This document shows, piece after piece, positions 62,385-64,000 of a stretch of 64,000 nt of DNA (positions within the stretch are counted from its first letter, which is position 1; every line of letters begins with the position of its first letter). The notes beneath the pieces were generated by a model that was not told the DNA's origin, did not search any database, and worked only from the letters and a program-made list of their open reading frames with translations. The translations under genes were made by a program, and so were the position numbers. Source of the DNA: an uncultured Gemmatimonadales bacterium (GTDB lineage: Bacteria > Gemmatimonadota > Gemmatimonadetes > Gemmatimonadales > Gemmatimonadaceae); the NCBI GenBank assembly GCA_963851265.1, contig CAWKNZ010000007.1, forward strand, positions 544,001 to 608,000. Reading direction: 5' to 3'.

Positions 62385-63827
62385 TCACAGCAGCGTGCCG
62401 TGCAGGATCAGGTAGGCGACCGAGAAGTAGATGCTGAGCCCCGTCACGTCGACGAGCGTCGCGACGAACGGCGCGGACGCGCTCGCCGGGTCGAAGCCGA
62501 GGCGCCGCAGCAGGAAGGGCAGCATGCTCCCGGCGAGCGAGCCGAACGTGACGATGCCGACGAGGGCGCACCCGACCGTCGCCGCGACGAGCGCCCAGTG
62601 CGGCCCGTAGCTGAACAGCCCGAGGTGCTGCCAGATCGTGATGCGCAGGACGCCGATCACGCCCAGGATCGCGCCTAACGTGAGCCCCGCGGGCAGCTCG
62701 CGTATCGCGACCCGCCACCAGTCGCGCAGCGCGACCTCCTTGAGCGCCATCGCGCGCGTGATGAGCGACGTCGCCTGCGACCCCGAGTTGCCGCCGCTCG
62801 ACATCACGAGCGGGATGAACAGCGTGAGCACGACGGCCTTCTCGAGCTCCCCCTCGAAGCGCTGCATCGCGCTCGCCGTGAGCATCTCGGACAGGAACAG
62901 GGCGGACAGCCACCCCGCGCGCTTCTTGATCATCGCGCCGAGCCCGATCTGCATGTACGGCTCGTCGAGCGCCTCCATGCCGCCGAGCTTCTGCACGTCC
63001 TCGGTCTGCTCCTCCTGGATCACGTCGATCACGTCGTCGACCGTGACCACGCCCAACACGCGGCCGTCGGCGTCGACCACGGGCAGCGCGACGAGGTCGT
63101 AGTCCGAGATCAGCCGCGCCACCTCCTCCTGCGTCGCTTCGGCGCGCACGCTGCGCACGTCGGTCCACGCGACGTCGGCGAGCTTCGCGCCCTCCGGCGC
63201 GGCGAGCAGCTCGCGCAGCGACAGCACCCCCGCGAGCCGGCCCGCCGGGTCGGTGGTGTAGATGGCGTACATCGCCTCCTTCCGCCCCGTGCGCGCCACG
63301 CTCCGCACCCCGCGCAGCGCGTCCTCCACCGGCAGCGTCTCGGGCGCGTACACGAACTCCGTCGTCATCAGCCCGCCCGCCGTCGACGGGTCGTAGGCGA
63401 GCAGCCGCTCCGTCTCCTCGCGCTCCGCCGTCGGGATCTCCGCGAGGATCTCGTCGGCTCGCTCCTCGTTCTCCTGCGACAGCTCCTCCAGCAGGTCCGC
63501 GCGGTCGTCGGGCGACATCTCGGTGACGAGCGCGGCGGCCTGCCGCGTCGTCATCGCTTCGAGCGCGAGCGCGCGGCGGTCCTCGTCCAGGTACTCGAGC
63601 ACGTCGGCCGCCCGCGACGGCGACAGCGCGGTCAGGAACGCCACGACCCGCTCCTCCGGGATCGCCTCGGCCACGTCGGCGAGGTCGGCCGGGTGCAACT
63701 CCTCGGTCTCGAGCGCGACGCTCGCCGGGTCCTCGTCGAGGAGCGCGAGGATGTCGGGGGCGAGCAGCGCCCCGACGGGGCGATCGTCCGGCGTCCGGGT
63801 GCTGTCCGAAGCGTGGGGTGGCGTCAT
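62385..63827 (-). CDS. mgtE: Magnesium transporter MgtE
   Basis: HPADLAD, TAGGLMTTE, CBS pair, SSGGNSGSQ, DPASASAPFVATLVDVTG. Confidence 0.95.
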   Translation of the reverse strand: MTPPHASDSTRTPDDRPVGALLAPDILALLDEDPASVALETEELHPADLADVAEAIPEERVVAFLTALSPSRAADVLEYLDEDRRALALEAMTTRQAAALVTEMSPDDRADLLEELSQENEERADEILAEIPTAEREETERLLAYDPSTAGGLMTTEFVYAPETLPVEDALRGVRSVARTGRKEAMYAIYTTDPAGRLAGVLSLRELLAAPEGAKLADVAWTDVRSVRAEATQEEVARLISDYDLVALPVVDADGRVLGVVTVDDVIDVIQEEQTEDVQKLGGMEALDEPYMQIGLGAMIKKRAGWLSALFLSEMLTASAMQRFEGELEKAVVLTLFIPLVMSSGGNSGSQATSLITRAMALKEVALRDWWRVAIRELPAGLTLGAILGVIGVLRITIWQHLGLFSYGPHWALVAATVGCALVGIVTFGSLAGSMLPFLLRRLGFDPASASAPFVATLVDVTGLSIYFSVAYLILHGTLL

Positions 63828-63905
63828 GCGGGCCGTCCGGGCCGAAAGGGCGAGGGAGCGTCGGGCGGGAATGTAAGAGCGCCCGTCGTCGGTACCCACG
63901 TCCGG

Positions 63906-64000
63906 CTACAACGTGCGCAGCCGCCGCTCCTCGCGCGCGCCGACCACCGCGCAGCCAGCCACCGACACCGCGGCCTCGAGCATCGCGCGCGTCACGGTCC
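63906..64000 (-). CDS. Possible 3' end of a gene truncated by the window edge
   Basis: Open frame ...MLEAAVSVAGCAVVGAREERRLRTL* ending at TAG. Confidence 0.3.
   Translation of the reverse strand, partial: TVTRAMLEAAVSVAGCAVVGAREERRLRTL

Larger units (their letters stand above)
3274..62679. repeat. Dispersed over-represented heptamer GCCTAAC/GTTAGGC (24 exact copies)
   Basis: Plus-strand GCCTAAC at 3274, 5928, 5967, 8696, 9433, 11886, 23633, 25420, 36815, 44430, 45855, 50134, 55381, 57267, 60499, 61084, 62673; GTTAGGC at 23607, 41612, 48018, 50986, 52443, 52779, 57246. Confidence 0.88.

Noticed and set aside
3274..62679. TTAGGC equals the nematode telomere repeat
   Set aside because: Copies are single, dispersed and in-frame within bacterial genes, never tandem; the match is coincidental.
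3274..62679. bldA-like TTA-codon regulation as the explanation for the motif
   Set aside because: The same heptamer also occurs as CCT-AAC, as CTA-ACG, as stop codons and between genes, so the signal is at DNA level rather than codon level.
3274..62679. Chi/KOPS-type polar motif
   Set aside because: It occurs on both strands (17:7), largely following gene direction, and as inverted pairs. Not fully excluded without whole-genome data.
1..64000. Many long overlapping Arg/Ala/Pro-rich ORFs; CRISPR, tRNA or rRNA
   Set aside because: The long ORFs are shadow frames caused by stop-codon scarcity at high GC. No repeat-spacer array or structural RNA signature was seen.

Overview
This is a very GC-rich (~75%, by eye) bacterial chromosomal window. 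Gene content and style suggest Gemmatimonadota (Gemmatirosa-like), which is an inference. Most of it is housekeeping and envelope genes: queG, rpsU, a BMP-type nucleoside ABC operon plus MFS, nadBAC, amidinotransferase-rocD with an Lrp regulator, fahA, phhB, an ECF sigma/anti-sigma/DUF4097 locus, mntH-usp, an FtsX/AttH-like ABC locus, a YsnF/PRC stress cluster and mgtE. I found no rRNA, tRNA, CRISPR array, integrase or transposase. The most striking unexplained signal is the non-palindromic heptamer GCCTAAC/GTTAGGC (usually GCCTAACG), with 24 exact copies by hand count. It sits inside genes using rare TTA/CCT/CTA codons, supplies several stop codons and forms two inverted-repeat hairpins between genes, much like a DNA-uptake sequence or a methylation-linked iterated motif. 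The window also encodes a large Eco57I/type IIG-like N6-adenine methyltransferase, with no evident nuclease motif, translationally coupled to an SNF2-like helicase; this pair is a candidate partner for the motif. A second, ~75%-identical copy of the queG 3' end brackets a histidine kinase gene and carries two motif copies that the intact queG lacks.
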